From Armatimonadota bacterium (lineage in GTDB: Bacteria; Armatimonadota; Hebobacteria; CAIYQO01): a stretch of DNA of 17,172 nt. The notes under the pieces were generated by a model. That model was given only the letters and a program-made list of their open reading frames with translations, did no database searches and was not told the DNA's origin. Positions 15,056 to 17,172 of the stretch are shown here, piece after piece. The stretch lies in assembly GCA_038248345.1 (NCBI GenBank), contig JBBRXO010000058.1, positions 1-17,172 on the forward strand, given 5' to 3'. The translations under genes and the position numbers were made by a program. The first letter of the stretch is position 1; each line of letters begins with the position of its first letter.

Positions 15056-17172
15056 ATGCCATACGATTTATTCATTTCTTACTCGCGCCGGGACGATCGG
15101 CAGGGGCGGATTACCGAACTCGTCGAGCGCATCAAGGCGGACTTCGCCTCCTTTGCTGGCAACAATGGCCGAGAACTTGTTCCTTTCTTCGACAAAAAAG
15201 AAATCCATGGGATGCAGGATTGGCGGCAGCGCATCCTGCATGGACTGCGCGAATCGCGGATGTTGCTTGTATGCCTTTCTCCGACGTATCTCCAGAGCGA
15301 TAATTGCGAGTGGGAATTCATCGAATACCTTAAATACGAGATCGGCCACCTGCACGGCTTCAACGGCGTCGCGCCGATTTATTATGTCCAGGTTCCCGAT
15401 TGGAACGACAAAGACTTTGACCAGAACTGCGCCGCATGGGTAGCCGAACTGCGCAAGCGCCAGTACATTGATCTGCGTCTGTGGCATGACCAGGGCGAGG
15501 CCGCATTGCGCGAACCCGCAGTGAAGGAGCGCATGGGCAAGCTAACCCGCCAGATATCCGAAACCATCAAACGCGGCGAGCGCGCCGAGAAGAGTCTCGG
15601 CAATGTGGAGGCGCACAACCCGCACTTCATTGGCCGTACCGCCAATCTGCGGATGCTGCGCGAAAACTTCGTCAAGCCCGGCCACATCGGCGTGGTCACC
15701 GCCGTCAACGGCGTGGGCGGGTTGGGCAAGACCGCGCTGGCTATCGAATACGCCCACGCTTTTGCCCACGAATACGGCGGCGGACGCTGGCAAGTGCGCT
15801 GTGCGGGCAAGGACGACCTGAGCCTGGCCCTCGCCGAACTCGCCACGCCTATCGGCTTCGAATTCACCGACGACGAGAAGAAAAACGCCGACCTCCAGTT
15901 CGAGCGTACCCGCCGCGAGTTGAAGAAACTCTCCGATGCCCACGAACCGCACCGCTGCCTGCTCCTCCTCGACAACGTTGATCAGCCCGACCTGCTCGAC
16001 CCAGCGCAGGTCGCGCGGCTCAACGGCGGCGACTGGCTGCACGTCCTCGCCACCACGCGATTGGGGGGAAACGAACTGCACGGCGCGCACCACGACCGCT
16101 CGTTTCTGCCTGTTGACGAACTGCCGCCGGACGACGCCCTCGCACTCATCGAGAGCTACCAGCCCGACGGCTTTTTCCGCAGCGAGGGGGAACACGACGC
16201 GGCACGCGAGATTGTGCGGTTACTCGGTTGTTTCACCCTTGCCGTAGAATCCGCCGCTGTATATCTCGGCCATTTTGCTTACGATGTCACCTGCGCCGCT
16301 TTTCTCGTACGGTTGAAACAGGAAGGGCTGGAAGGACTCGATACCGCCGTTACTGATGAAAGGCTGACCGTGTTGCACGGGGAGAAGCGCCTGTGCGCGA
16401 CGCTCCAGCCGACGCTGGATAGTCTTGGTGCAGCGGAGATACTGACGCTGGAATATGCCGCTCTACTACCACCCGACCAAGTGCCTTTGCTGTGGCTACG
16501 CGCGCTGGTGGCAGAGACGTTTTCAGAAATGGAACGCGACAGCGAGCCGGGCTATACCGATCCATGGGCAAATGTTTGGCGGTGTCTCATCAGCCTGCGC
16601 TTATTTCAGACAGCGGATATCGATCCCACCACCCTATTCCCCCGCCTGGTGCGTATGCACCGCCTCATCGGTGAGATAGTACGCAAACGCGATGGCGAAA
16701 GCGTAGCGCACGCAGACAAATTACTTGATCATGCCTGGGCACGTGCCATTTTCTTACGAGATAACTGGTTACCCTGGGAGAACCGCTGGGAGCTGGAACC
16801 ACTACTGATAATGTCGCAGGCAAAGCTCGATAGCGACAACCCCAGGATAGCAACTATGCTATCAAATGTGAGCAGTGTCCTCAATAATCTGGCACGCTAT
16901 CGGGAATCTGAGCCATTGATGCGCCGCGCGCTGCAGATTGATGAGGAGAGCTATGGGGAGAACCATCCCCATGTCGCCACAAAACTGAACAACCTGGCGG
17001 CGTTGCTGCAGGCCACTAACCGGCTGGCGGAGGCGGAGCCATTGATGCGCCGCGCGCTGCAGATTACTGAGGAGAGCTATGGGGAGAACCATCCTGATGT
17101 CGCCAAACACCTGAACAACCTGGCGCTGTTGCTGCAGGCCACTAACCGGCTGGCGGAGGCGGAGCCAATGAT
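15056..17172 (+). CDS. TIR - NB-ARC - TPR NLR-like protein, 3'-truncated by the window edge and absent from the ORF track
   Basis: TAAGGAG RBS and ATG 15056. TIR: MPYDLFISYSRRD...LSPTYLQSDNCEWE. Walker A GVGGLGKT (15710-15733), Walker B LLLLDNVD, ATTR, MHRL, then TPRs. All in one frame with no stop before 17172. Confidence 0.93.
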   Translation, partial: MPYDLFISYSRRDDRQGRITELVERIKADFASFAGNNGRELVPFFDKKEIHGMQDWRQRILHGLRESRMLLVCLSPTYLQSDNCEWEFIEYLKYEIGHLHGFNGVAPIYYVQVPDWNDKDFDQNCAAWVAELRKRQYIDLRLWHDQGEAALREPAVKERMGKLTRQISETIKRGERAEKSLGNVEAHNPHFIGRTANLRMLRENFVKPGHIGVVTAVNGVGGLGKTALAIEYAHAFAHEYGGGRWQVRCAGKDDLSLALAELATPIGFEFTDDEKKNADLQFERTRRELKKLSDAHEPHRCLLLLDNVDQPDLLDPAQVARLNGGDWLHVLATTRLGGNELHGAHHDRSFLPVDELPPDDALALIESYQPDGFFRSEGEHDAAREIVRLLGCFTLAVESAAVYLGHFAYDVTCAAFLVRLKQEGLEGLDTAVTDERLTVLHGEKRLCATLQPTLDSLGAAEILTLEYAALLPPDQVPLLWLRALVAETFSEMERDSEPGYTDPWANVWRCLISLRLFQTADIDPTTLFPRLVRMHRLIGEIVRKRDGESVAHADKLLDHAWARAIFLRDNWLPWENRWELEPLLIMSQAKLDSDNPRIATMLSNVSSVLNNLARYRESEPLMRRALQIDEESYGENHPHVATKLNNLAALLQATNRLAEAEPLMRRALQITEESYGENHPDVAKHLNNLALLLQATNRLAEAEPM
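16910..17172 (+). repeat. 126-bp tandem repeats encoding 42-aa TPR units
   Basis: Units start at 16910, 17036 and 17162; units 1 and 2 differ at 9 of 126 nt. Confidence 0.95.

Larger units (their letters stand above)
8985..17172. mobile_element. Integrated element / genomic island in a tRNA-Thr 3' end; other end outside the window
   Basis: The orientation of the tRNA fragment places the element at higher coordinates, and the cargo is accessory (phage-like domains, STAND proteins). Inference only; no integrase in the window. Confidence 0.65.

Noticed and set aside
16910..17172. CRISPR array or DGR template/variable repeat pair
   Set aside because: These are in-frame coding repeats without spacers; the differences are not adenine-specific and no cas or reverse transcriptase gene is in the window.

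Overview
The window has two parts, separated by a tRNA-derived attachment site. Left (1-~8000), apparently host backbone: a SWIM-SNF2 helicase, a lipoprotein, an LptF/LptG permease, a tandem zf-HC2 anti-sigma-like protein and a GT2 glycosyltransferase. Next (~8100-8770) is gene debris: an internally deleted Gfo/Idh/MocA oxidoreductase and an in-frame IstB-like/RhuM-like chimera. At 8940-8984 (-) lies the 3' half only of a tRNA-Thr(UGU), flanked on both sides by TGGTGCCA/TGGCACCA repeats; this marks the end of an integrated element that extends rightwards beyond the window (no integrase seen here). The element carries three tandem, closely coupled paralogues (9348-12865, -), each fusing an HTH-like N-terminal domain to a DUF5131/Gp37Gp68-like domain without the radical-SAM cysteines. 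Each paralogue has a different DNA (near-)palindrome at the same position of its coding sequence. Just downstream of this operon a near-consensus sigma70 promoter faces an apparently non-coding ~100-nt structured region containing a 15/16 copy of one of those palindromes. This paralogue/palindrome/putative ncRNA module is the best candidate for an undescribed system. Beyond it is a head-to-head pair of NLR-like STAND genes: an effector-less NACHT-TPR and a TIR-NB-ARC-TPR that runs off the window and is missing from the ORF track. All family assignments come from motif recognition by eye, not from database searches.
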